From NCBI GenBank assembly GCA_050273025.1, contig CP158635.1:12648001-12712000 (forward strand): a DNA stretch of 64,000 nucleotides, given 5' to 3'. This DNA is from Cenococcum geophilum. Taxonomy: Eukaryota. Under the pieces are notes generated by a model, which was given only the letters and a program-made list of their open reading frames with translations, had not been told where the DNA came from and ran no database searches. Made by a program: the position numbers and the translations under genes. Each line of letters starts with the position of its first letter. Positions within the stretch are counted from its first letter, which is position 1. Below, piece after piece: positions 27,001-39,380 of this stretch.

Positions 27001-30000
27001 GCCTTATTTCCGTCCCCCTGGGCTAACTAAGTCATACTAGCCTAACCGTAGCACTGGGGAACTAGATACGCCCTAACCTGGATAACATTAAATGTACTTA
27101 TACCGTTAATTTTACCCAGTTCTATAAATAAAAAGGCGTAAAGGTAATAAGGATCTATATAGCGGAGCTAGTAAAACTAGTTAAATAAAAACACTAACGG
27201 CTGCTTAAGGAGCTGCCTATAGGCCTAATAGAAGTACTAAACCTGTTAGAAAGGTCTTTTCGCTAGCTAGTAGAAGGCGACTATATAATGGAGAAAGCCC
27301 GTAAAGCGCTACCCCCTTATTTTTATAACTTCCTTAAGATAAACCTCAAAACCGAGTCCGAGCTCCTACGCTAAAAGATAGTTAATACTAATATTGAGAA
27401 GTTCCTAAAAGGCAAGCCAGGATTAACCTGCGAAGATATTTTATAATACTTACTAAAAGAGTTCCGCGAACATATTAAATACTTTCTCCCTAAAAACGTG
27501 GATAAGCTACCCCCTTACCAACTATAAAACTATAAAATTAAGATTATACCTAGAAAGCAAGCCCTATACTATAAAAACAGACTACTCTTACCCGCTAAAC
27601 TTACGTGCGTAAAGAGGTGGATTAACGAAATGCTGGATAAGGGTTTTATCCGCGAGTTAACCTTACTAGCCGCTATACCACTCCTCCTTGCTGCGAAACC
27701 TAGCGGCGGTATATAAATCTGCTATAACTACTAAGGCCTAAACACAGTTACTATTAAGAATCGATACCTATTGCCACTAGTCCGTGAGACACTTAATGTA
27801 CTCTATAGTGCTAAGTACTTTACCAAGCTTAATATAATCGCTGCGTTTAACTAGATCCAGATCGCGGAAGGCTATAAATAGCTTATAGCATTTATCACCC
27901 GATTTGGACTCTATAAGATATTAGTTATACTATTTGGTCTCTATAACGCGCCCGCTATGTTCTAAAACTATATTAACCATGTCTTATATAACGCCCTCGA
28001 CGACTACTGTACTGCGTACCTTAATAATGTCCTTGTCTTCTTTAAAACACGTGCTAAGCACATAAAATATATAAATAAAATTATCTAGAGACTTGGTAAT
28101 GCTGGACTCTAGATTAATATTAATAAGTCTAAGTTTTATACTACTAAAATAAAATACCTTGGCCTAATTATCTCGACTAACGGCATAATTATAGACCCTA
28201 AGAAGGTATAGGCCTTGCAGGAATAGAAGGACCTAACGTTAGTAAAGGAACTATAGCAGTTTCTTAGCTTCGCGAACTTCTACTAACGATTTATCTAAAG
28301 CTATTCTAAGATAGTTAAGCCTATAACTAGGCTACTAAAGAAGAGCACTAGCTAGTTATAGGGCCCTAATTAAGCAGAAGCGTTCCAGACCCTAAAAATA
28401 GCGTTTATTACAGTACCGGTCTTAGCATATTATAACTATATAAAGAAGACTATAGTAGAGACAGACGCCTTGAACTGGGCTTTAGGTGGAGTACTTTACT
28501 AAGCTGACGAAAACAACAAGCTTAAGTTAGTCGTATTCTTCTCTGCTAAGCACTTAGCCCCTAAATATAACTATAAAATATACGACAAGGAGCTCCTAAT
28601 AATAGTTAAGGCACTAGAAGAATGGCGCCCCGAACTACAAGGAACTAAGTAGCTGTTTAAAATTATTACGGACTATAAGAACCTCTAGACCTTTATAATA
28701 ATAAAATAACTAAACTAGTGCCAAGTCCGCTAGGCTAAGTTCCTTTCCTAATTTAACTTTATTATTACCTATAGGCCTAGCACCAAAGCCACAATCCTAG
28801 ATGCTCTTAGCCGCCTCCTAGGCGTAATACCCGCTAATGCTAGTAACGAACGTCTACGATACCAAGACCGCGTTGTCTTACTACTGAAGAAAGTCGACCC
28901 CGCTATTCTAGAAGAGCTACTAAGCGAATTCTAAGACTAGAGCGTTAAAGACTTTATAGCAGTAATAGACCTAAAGCCTAAGAAAAAACCCCTTAAGGAG
29001 CTTATTAAGAATGCCTATAAGGAGAATAAACTCGCTAGGGATATGTTGGCTGCGCTATGTAAATAGGAAGGCCGTAAAGTACGCCGTTGGCCTAAGCAGA
29101 TTAGGAAGTTACTCCGCTATAATAAATCCGAATATTTAATTGTTAACGGCCTGATCTACTATAGGAATTAAGTATTTGTCCCTAATTCGCCTAAACTCTA
29201 ATTAGAAGTTATACATCGCATGTATAGTTTGGGTCCTACGGGCCACCTAGGCCGCGTTAAGACACTAGACCTCCTTAATTAAACCTATTAGTGGCTAGGT
29301 ATTTTATAGTTTACAGCTACCTTTATAAAAGACTGCGCTCTCTACTTCCGTATAAAGACCCTATGCTTAGCACCGCCTAGTTTCCTAAAATTACTAGAAC
29401 TACTAGTCCGCCCATAGACTGATATCTCTATTGACTATATCGTTGACCTGCCTAAGTGCCTTCGCAACGGCAAAATATATAGATATATCTTTGTCGTTAT
29501 TAACCGCCTAATAAAGATAAGACACTTTATTCCTGTTACTAGCCTAGACACTAAGGAGCTTGTTAAAGTATTTATCCACACTATCTATAAGTTATATAGT
29601 GCTCTAAATACTATTGTTTCTAATAGAGGCTCTTTATTTGTTTCTGACTTCTAGCGTCGCCTAAACTAGCGCCTAAAGGTAACCCTAAGCCCTAGTTCCG
29701 CATAGCACCCTAAAATAGATAGCTAAACTAAGATTATTAATGCAGTAATAAATAAGTACCTATGTGCCTTTATAAGCTTTACCCAAGACGACTAGGTAGA
29801 TTGGCTCCCCCTTACTAAGTTCGCTATAAATAACTAGATTAACGAGACCACGGGATTTTTACCGTTCTTCGCCAACTATAGCTATAACCCACGTCTGGGC
29901 GTCGAACTAGCAGGCCCCTAGCCATTAGCCCTATCCGTATATGTAAAGAAAGAGTACCTATAAGCTAATACTATTATAAACCGCTTTAAGCGTATCCTAA

Positions 30001-31022
30001 CTCAGCTTAAGGCCCTAGCCTGCATCTCCTAGTAACGCTATAAAGATAACGCCAATACGAAACGGGACAAAGGTATAATATTCAAAAAGGATAATATGGT
30101 TATGGTTAGCCTTAAAAATATAAAGACTAACCAGCCTAAGAGGAAGTAGGATGATAATTGGGATAGACCTTGGCCCGTCTTAGCTACCTATAAAGGGGTA
30201 GTTGTAGTGGACCTCCTAGACCATATTCGCGTTAATAAGTCTTTCTATATATTAAAAGTCCGCCTCTAGTTCCCTAAGGAGATTCCTAGCTAAGCACGCA
30301 TTAATAAGAAGGAACGTTATAACGTTACAGGTAGGATAGCTAAAAGGGATGATAACGGCAATATTATAAATAAGTAGGAATTTAAGAAGATCCTTAATAT
30401 ACACGATAAATAAAGGGATAAGCATGGCTTAATATACTGTATTAAGTAGAAGTATTATAATAAAGAAACCTAGGAACCTAAGAAATCCCTAAAAGGGTGC
30501 GAGCGCGTACTACTTAAGTTCTATAAGCAATACCCTAAGAAGCTAAGACCCTTAGACTGGGCACGAGATAAGGGAGAGTTATTACGCCGAGGTTAATTAT
30601 ATGATGGTTAAGATGTTATAGAACTTTAACCGCTAGTCAAAGTTGTCTAATTAGTTAAATTCTTATAAAAGGCGCAGCGCTAGACCAATTTAGATGGTGG
30701 TGTGGAATTCTACTAACTCCATTTACTAAGCCGACTAATTAGGATTTTCTATCCCCGGGATAGAAAATCGCGTATTGCCTGTTTTTAGAGTTATCTATTC
30801 GGTTTGGGGACCAAACCTTTTAGGGGAGGGGAGTATTGTTATAACACTAACTTGCCATATACTGTTCCATACTATCTTATACTATTTCCTACCGTTAGCT
30901 GGCCTACCACTAGCGCCTCGGCGGCTAGCCCTACTATTTATATACGATACCCCTTTTCACCTTCTTCTCCTCTTTATACCACAACATAGTTATTTAGTCT
31001 ACTTTATTGCAGCACTATAACA
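24030..31022 (+). mobile_element. Ty3/Gypsy family B copy 2 (full length, RIPed), inserted in gag of element C
   Basis: 186-bp LTRs at 24030-24215 and 30837-31022, TSD AGCCC on both sides, PPT AGGGGAGGGGAG before the 3' LTR. RT TAYLNNVL ~28010, RNaseH VETDALN ~28455, integrase and chromodomain follow. Confidence 0.95.
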
Positions 31023-34000
31023 AGCCCTACTAAATTATTTAATAAGTTTTATATTAAATTCTAGGAATATACTAAAGCCCTTACCTAAGACAATATTAAA
31101 GACTAGTAAGAGAATCTCCTTAAAAAAGTTACTTATTGCCTTAGTTACGCAGCCGCTAGCTATAACTATAACGATGTCTATAAAATAGTAGTAGCCCTAT
31201 AAAATATTAAACAATAACTAAATTAGATTACCACTACTAACCCTTACTTAAAGACCTCTTTATAGAAGCCCTCTGGGCCTACTAAACCTATATATACTAA
31301 GCCACCAACGCCTACTACCTTAAGTACCACTAGAGCTAATATTAACCTCTCTATACTAACCTTTTTATAAAAACTCCTAGATAGAGAGCGTAAGCTACTT
31401 TAGAAACTAGGATACTACTATAGATACTATTAAAAAGGCTATTATTATAATAACCCAAACTACCTAATAGCTAGGTTTAGTACCTACTGCCTAATACTTA
31501 ACCTAATACCTTAAATACTAAATATATTATTATACGCCACTACTATATAAAATAAAGATATAATAATAGTAGTAGAATTAGATACGGAAGCGGAAAACGC
31601 TAAGTCCCTACCCTAAGTCGTGGGTTAGGACGCCCTTATAATAAAGGGATCTATATATTAGCCTACTTAATAAATAACTTAGTAAAGATAAACGGACGGA
31701 AATAAATAGTTTTACCTATAATAGGAACTACTGCCAAAAAATAATATAAAAGCTATTCTATAATTAACTGCGAAGCTACTAATAAATTTATAAATACCTA
31801 ATTCGTGCGTACTTATAGCCTACCTACTTTACCCCTTACTAAAGCCCGCGCCCTATAACTCGCTAATAGTAATTCTATTACATAGAAGATTACCTATATA
31901 GTATAACTCTACTTAGATATAAATAGGCACTAGGAAGAGCTCTAGGCCTATATTATACTACTTACTAACTACCCTATTATCCTTAAAATAAGCTAGCTTA
32001 AATAATACAACCCCGCTATTAACTGAAAAAAGAAAAAAGCAACCTTTAACTTTAAATACTATAGAGAGACTTACCTAGGACATAGCCTAGCCACCTTTAT
32101 TTACTTACTAGGATATTAACCTAAGAAACCCCTTATTACTCCACTTATAACTAACTACCACTATATAAGTGCCGCGGCCTTCTACCGTATAGAACGTAGG
32201 AAAGGCTAAACCGTTGCTGTAGCCTCCTAATTATAACTATATAAGCTTAATTAAGAATAAAACTACGTCCCCTATAGTAATAGGATAGATATAGTTAACC
32301 TTTTAAAAGATAACGCCCCTATAGAACTCCACGGACTTTTACCTTTAAACTTTAAGAAGTTTATAAAGCTTAAAAAAGGACTTACTAATAAGGAACTCTA
32401 TAAGCTCCTCCCTAAGAGGTACTACAACTTTATTAATATATGCTTATAAAAGAGCGTAGATATACTCCCCCTATATTAACCTAATAACTATACTATTAAC
32501 ATTAAATAAGGAAAAATGCTACCTTATAAGAGACCCTACTTAATATTAAAAGACGAACTTCTAGTTATAAAAAAGTATATTAACAAACACCTTAATAAAA
32601 GATTTATCCGCCCCAGCATATCCCTAATAGCCGCCCCTATCCTTTTTACTAAGAAGCTAAGAGGAGGTATTTAATTTTACGTTAACTATAGAGGACTTAA
32701 TACTATTACGATTAAAAACTGATACCCTATACCGCTTATACGTAAGACTTTAAAGCGGCTTAGTTAAGCTAAAATCTATACTAAGCTTAATATTATCGCC
32801 GCCTTTAACTATCTCTAAATATAGAAAGGTAATAAATAGAAAACTGTATTTATATTACGCTTTAGCCAATTTAAATATACCGTTATACCCTTTAGCGTAT
32901 ATAATGGCCCAGGCACCTTCTAAAGCTATATTAATAACGCCTTATAGGACTACCTTAATAACTTCTACTCTGCGTACCTAGACAATATACTTATCTATAG
33001 CGATAACCCTTCTAAGCATACTAAGCACGTTAAAAAAAGTCCTAAAGCGCCTTAGGGACGCAGGACTTTACATTAATTTAAAGAAGTGTAAATTCTTAAT
33101 TATAGAAGTAAAATACCTTAGACTAATTATTACTACTAAGGGTGTCCGTATGGACCCTAAGAAAGTATATATAATTACTAAATAGTAAGCCCCTAACTGC
33201 ATTAAGGACGTATAAGCCTTCCTTAGTTTTACTAACTTCTATTAAAAATTTATATATAACTTTTAAGGCGTAGTAGCACTACTTATAGTAATAATGTAAA
33301 TAAAGGGCCTTTCTATAAAAGGAAGAAAAACGCACCTATATTTTACCTAGACGCCTAAATATAAGAAGGCATTCTAAGACCTTAAAAACGCTTTTACTAA
33401 AGCACCTATCCTAGCTTACTTTATACTAGGATAATAACTCTACCTTAAAACCGACTCCTTAGACTACGTTAATATAGGCATCCTTTCCTAAATAGGTAAC
33501 GATGGGCTCCTCTACCTAGTCGCATTCTACTTACCTAAGCTTATACTATAAGAGTGTAACTATAAGATCTATAATAAGGAACTTCTCGCGATTATATAAG
33601 CGTTTAAGGAATTCTAACTAGAACTCTTCTTAGTAAAAACTAATTAGCTAACTAAAGTCCTTACGGACTATTATAATCTTAAATACTTTATAACTATAAA
33701 GCAGCTAAACTAACGCTAAGTACGCTAGAACGAGTTCCTCTCTAGTTTTAACTTTAAAATTATATATAGACCAGGAGTATAAGGTACTAAGCCTAATAGC
33801 CTAATACGCCGCTCGCAAGACCTTCCTTAGTCTAAAGATAACTCTTATAATTAGTTTTAATAATAGACGATCCTAAAAGCACGAAATTTAGCCCTAGGTA
33901 TACTACCTATAATAGAGCTAACTATACCTTAGCTTTATACTATAGAACTAGAGTTACCTCCTAAAATTAATATGCTTATTATTATAGTATATAATACCTC

Positions 34001-36792
34001 TATTAACCTATTACTATATTAACTTATTACTATAAAGACCGCTAGCGCCTATATACTACCTACTAACCTTTAAAGCTTAGGCTAGATTAATATAGCAGCC
34101 TTAAAAGTAAAAGAGAATAGGCTCTATTATAGAGGCCGCCTATTTATCCCTAACTTAAAAAATCTACAACGGTAACTAATCTAAATGGCCTACAACCTCT
34201 AATTAAGCGGCTACTTAGGTAAAGGAGGAACCTACGAGCTTCTTAGCCGATACTACTTCTGGCCAAAAATAATAGACTTAGTTAAACGCTTTATAGGCGC
34301 CTACTACGATTATAAGCGCGCTAAGGCTTTTAATATAAAGTATTAAGGACTACTATACCCTTTACTAGTACCTATATAATAATGGGCAGATATCGCCATA
34401 GATTTTATTATTAACCTACTACCCTATAAATAATATGGCCGTACCTATAAGAATATCCTTATAATAATATACCAACTTATAAAAGAGCGCCACTACGTCC
34501 TAACTAAAGGCGTAGCTATTAGTAACGTTACTAACGCCTTTCTTTATAAAGTTTACTAACTATATAGGTTACCTAACTTAATTACGTCCAACTAAAGCAT
34601 ATAATTTAACTCTAATATATAGAGACGAATCTGCTAACGCCTTAGCATCTCCGTTAAAATGTCTATATCCTTTTACTATAAAACTATTAAGTAACCAGAA
34701 AACACTAATACCAGTACAAAAGTGTACCTATAATAGGTAGTCGCCTATAGTTAAAATAACTAGGTAGATTACCTCTTACTTGGTAAATTTATAGCGAATA
34801 ATTATATCTTAACTACAATAGGACTTACCCCATTCTTTGCGAATAAGGGTTATTACCCCTAATCTAGTATAAAGCTACTAAAACCTATTAATAAAAAACT
34901 GCTATATAGAAAACGCCTTAAGATACTACTTACTAACTAGTATGCAAACTGTATAAAAAATCTACTTAACTACTATAAGGGAGAAATGGCCTAGGCTTAA
35001 GTAAAGTAGGCCTACTTCGCCAACTGTTATAGAACGCCACCGCTAGAGATGCGTGTTAGCGACTAGGTATAGCTAGATATATATAATATCTCTACGTAAA
35101 GGCCTATAAAGTTACTTAATTATAAGAACCTTAGCCCCTATTTAATTAAACAAGTTATTAATAGGGGAGCTATATATAAACTAGAACTCCTACCTACCTT
35201 AACCACCTATGGGATATAGCCTATATTTCACCTATAGCTACTACACCTTTATTAGCTTAACCCCTTACTAGGGTAAATATAGCCTAAACCCCTACTAGTA
35301 CTAATCTAAAATAAGAACGAAGACAAGAACTATAAGGAGTGGACCGTTAAACAAATTATTAACTCTAAATACTTTAGCAAAGGTAGAGGATAACGGCTCT
35401 ACTATAGAGCTATATACATAGGATTTAACATAAATTAGCCAGAATGGCAACTATAGGAAGACTTGAAAAATATAAAGGATTTAATTAGCGACTTTTACTA
35501 TATAAACCCATATAAACCGGGCCTAAGTAGAGATTTTATACCTAATCCTCTATAAAAACCCTTATAGAGTTAAACCGTTATATATTACCACGTAAGGGCA
35601 AATTGCTATTAAATTACGGTAAAGTGCGATTATATAACTGGAATATTGTTAAGATATCTAGGAACTTTAACTAGCGGTTAAAGTTATTTAATTAGTCGAA
35701 TTTTTAGATGCTAAGCCCTATTATATAACATTATTTTAAGCCTTTAGCAATACCCCCCTTTCTTCTTTTCTATACCTTAAGTGTCCCTTTTACATTATTA
35801 GTAAAGCTACTAAAGGGCGCTTTAAAGACCGTGGAAAGATAGAATTATTATTAATAGTTTTTAAGGTAGGCTCAAAGGGTTAGTGGCCGCAAAATAGTTA
35901 TACTTTGCGCCGTTGGCCTAGGGTAATCTTTAGTCGCTAGTATAAGGGATTATAATAGGCTCTTGCTTCCTTTAGAATTTAAAAGGTATAAAAGCGCTTA
36001 TTAGTGCAATATCCTTAGAAATATAGTTAAGAAATACTTTATAAAAGGTATAGAAGACTATAATACTCTTAAGGTTCTATCGTTTAATTACTTTAAAAAG
36101 CCCTATAGATCCTCCGCTAGTATAGCTAGTGTTACTTATAGGGGATATCTATAAGCTTATAGTTACTAACGCTTAAGGTATAGTTATATCTAATTACCTT
36201 AGAGGCTAAATATACTTAATACATATATATAGAGTAGAGTCTGCGCTATTTATTACGATTCCTATTTTAAGGGAGCTTAGCGACTATTTCGCTATATAGC
36301 GTTAGTAAATAATATAGTAAGTCTAAAACATATCCTACTTCTTCTTAATATACGCCAGCCTAGTAGATCCTATACTATAGTAATACTAATTATTACTCTA
36401 AGGAACTATTATTATATATCCTTAGTCCTTTATTCTAACACTACCTTTATATTTACTATCTCGCCTTTTATAGATTAGTACTGCTTTAATATTATTTTAT
36501 ATATTATTAATAATAGTAACAGTGCTATTTGGGGGTTAGTTTATATACTATCCGGCTTTATCTAATTAGGCGCTTTATAGTCGCCGCAATCGGTCTAAAG
36601 CTATGGTTAGATCCCACTATTATAAGCCTAGGGAGTTTTCTACTTCTTTCTTATACTCCCTTATAAGCGCGTTGTTTAAATTATCTTTAACTCTAGTTTT
36701 CCTAATTATACTAGCTATAGTATAGTAATCTATAACAATTAAAGTAAGTTATAATTAGTGTCTCCGTCGCGTAATATATATGCTATTTATTA

Positions 36793-37037
36793 GGATTTTT
36801 TTTGGGCAAGCGAAAATCGGGGTCTCCAAAACCTGCGTAAGTCGCAATTTTGGCAATTTGCGGCGATTTGCAGCAATTTGCTACAAACACATAGGCTACC
36901 TATACACGCGCCTGCCCTATCTATGTGTTTGTAGCAAATTGCTGCAAATTGCCGCAAATTGCTAAATTGCGACTTACGCCTGCAGGTTTTGCAGACCCCG
37001 ATTTTCGCTTGCAACAACGTGCCTAAAAAAAAAATCT
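36793..37037. repeat. Long un-RIPed inverted repeat (fold-back MITE, or two abutting TIRs)
   Basis: Arms of ~100-115 bp (36793-36894 and 36921-37037) are near-perfect reverse complements around a ~26-bp spacer. Confidence 0.85.
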
Positions 37038-37811
37038 TGATAAAGGCGGCTACCCCCCTACTCTCGTCCCACTTTAGCGTTGTTATAGGACACTCCCGTA
37101 ACACCTTATACACGTCCACCTGTTTTCACTAACTTAGCAACTAAAGACCGACCACTAGACGGCAATCTACTACATTCTACTATATTCCGCCAAGTTCTAC
37201 TAAATTCTGCTATATTCCACTAAGTTCTACTAAGTTTTACTAAGTTCCACCAAATCCTACTAAGTTCTGCTAGGACCACCACCTAAATCCTATTCTGCTT
37301 TATATATGTATTAATTAAGCAACTAAGTCTATAATATATACCCATTCTTCCCATTTTCCTACCTTTCCTCCTTACGTAATGTCTTAACCTCCTTATACAG
37401 TTTATGTATATAGCTTAATAATATCTACCTTGCTATATATTACCGCCGCTTATACTTACTCCGTAATAAGTATATAATATCCCTACTTTAGTACTATAGG
37501 CCTTATTAGCTAATAGAATACCACGCTACCCTTACTACTCCTACTATCTTTAAAATTCCTCTATAAAGCGTTTAAGAGGTTATAAGTATACGTTTAATAT
37601 AAACTAGGTCCATTTTCTAATATATATTAGTTTTAAATGACTTTAGCGGCGTAAATATACTAGCTATAGTCTTAATACGCAATATATTTAAATTATAATA
37701 ATTATAACTAGCTAACTACCGTATTAGGGGGTAAGATATAGCCTTAAGTTTAAAGATATATTTTTAAAACTAGTTCCTCTTTGCTAGCCGTATTAAAATA
37801 GCGGCCGTACT

Positions 37812-37901
<90 letters not shown>

Positions 37902-37908
37902 CTACTAC
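37812..37908. repeat. (CTA)n microsatellite
   Basis: About 30 CTA units in a row. Confidence 0.95.
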
Positions 37909-38024
37909 TCTATTTACTATTAAATTTAATAAATTACCTCTTATACCCTATTATAAATAGCTTACCTAATTATACTATACTTATGCTAGTAGGTATAGAT
38001 TTGCTTTATAATAGGGGGGAAGTT

Positions 38025-38400
38025 TTAGGTAGAGGCTTATATAGAGCTGTAGTAGAGCTTTATATAGAGCTATATATAGAGCTATATATAGGTATATAAA
38101 TAATTAAATATAAAGACGTTTATAGAAAGGATTATAGAGGTAATTATTTAAACGTTTATACAGGCGTTTATATAGATAATTAATTAATTAATTATATAGA
38201 CGTTTATAGAGCTATTCGTAGAGACGTTTATATAGGCGTTTATACTAGCATTTATATAGACAATTATAGTCTTCTTAGTATATAGAACTTATATTTAGGC
38301 TTGTTTTTAAAGACCTTATAAATGGCTTTATATAGGCATTTATATAGGTATTCGTATAGGCGTTTATATAGGCGTTCGTATAGACGTTTATAGAGACCTT
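38025..38400 (-). repeat. Heavily RIPed inverted copy of the AAGCTCTA/AACGCC satellite
   Basis: TAGAGCT and GGCGTTTATA subrepeats are the reverse complement of those at 16010-18145. Confidence 0.7.
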
Positions 38401-39380
38401 TTTAGAGATATTAGGGGAATAATTAGGTTCTATTACGGATGTAATATATAGAGTAAGAAATAAGCTTTTAAATAGAGGTATTAGTAAGTTAAGTAGCGGT
38501 GTATTAGGGGCGATATACCGCGTTAAAGGCGATATAACTATTGTCTATTAGGTAGGCTAACCTACCTTTATAAATCGCGCCTATTTTCCCTTAGACCCTT
38601 AGAGAGGAATCTACCTTGGCGCTCTATAATTGGCTACTAAAGCTAGCGCAAGCACTAACGCCTACGGCGTACGTTAGGCTACAGCGCTGGTTACTAATTA
38701 GCTTAGGAGTTTATAGGAGGTGAGGTAGATTTTCTTCCGAGGGTCTAAGTTAACTAAAATAACTTGATACCTAAAAAGGCTTAGGATATCTACCTCGCGG
38801 GCCAAATAGGGCCCTCTTCCATACAAATTCTGTAACCGACTACCGACACTGTGCTGAGACACAAGATAACCGCTAGGAAGGCTCCAAGACAGCGTCAGCG
38901 CCACCCTATATATTGATTGCAGATCAATATTGCTTGCAGATCACCGTTCCCATTTCAGTTACCTATTACCCTGTTATGTCTTATTACCTCCACCTTCTTC
39001 GTGTATATATAGAGGCTTTAGGGCTACATTTACAATCAAGTCGTTCATGCAATTCCTCACACTGCAAAGCTTACAAATTCTCTACTGATTATACCGATAT
39101 TGGTAGTAGGTGCTTAACGATATTGCTAAAAGTTAGATTATCGTAATATTACACCAAAAAAGGCTTGATCAAGGGTGTAGATTGTAATGTAGAGGGTATC
39201 GTTATATACCCCATATCGTATTAAGGAGGTTTGACTGTACTGTGCATTCTATGGTTTATGTAAAATATCTCACCGCGAATGGGTATACTTCCCTATATGC
39301 ATTTAAGGAGCGGATCAGTTCCTAGACCCAAAGGAAAATAGGTCTACCGCATCGAGGGATTATACCATTTTTCACAATTT

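Larger units (their letters stand above)
3454..35715 (+). mobile_element. RIP-degenerated Ty3/Gypsy element, family C, split by two family-B insertions; 3' LTR not found
   Basis: Putative 5' LTR is 3454-3496 plus 22733-22882 (starts TGTTATGGAAC, ends GTCCTATAATA). gag-like text at ~22950-24029 and 31028-31600. RT AYLDNI at ~32970, RNaseH ~33430-33760, integrase ~34200-34860, chromodomain ~35330-35530. Confidence 0.75.

Noticed and set aside
30775..31020. ORFs in the LTR of B copy 2
   Set aside because: Chance open frames within an LTR.
35716..36790. RIPed coding-like remnant (possible DNA transposase)
   Set aside because: No diagnostic motif could be read in the frames I tried, so it is left unclassified.
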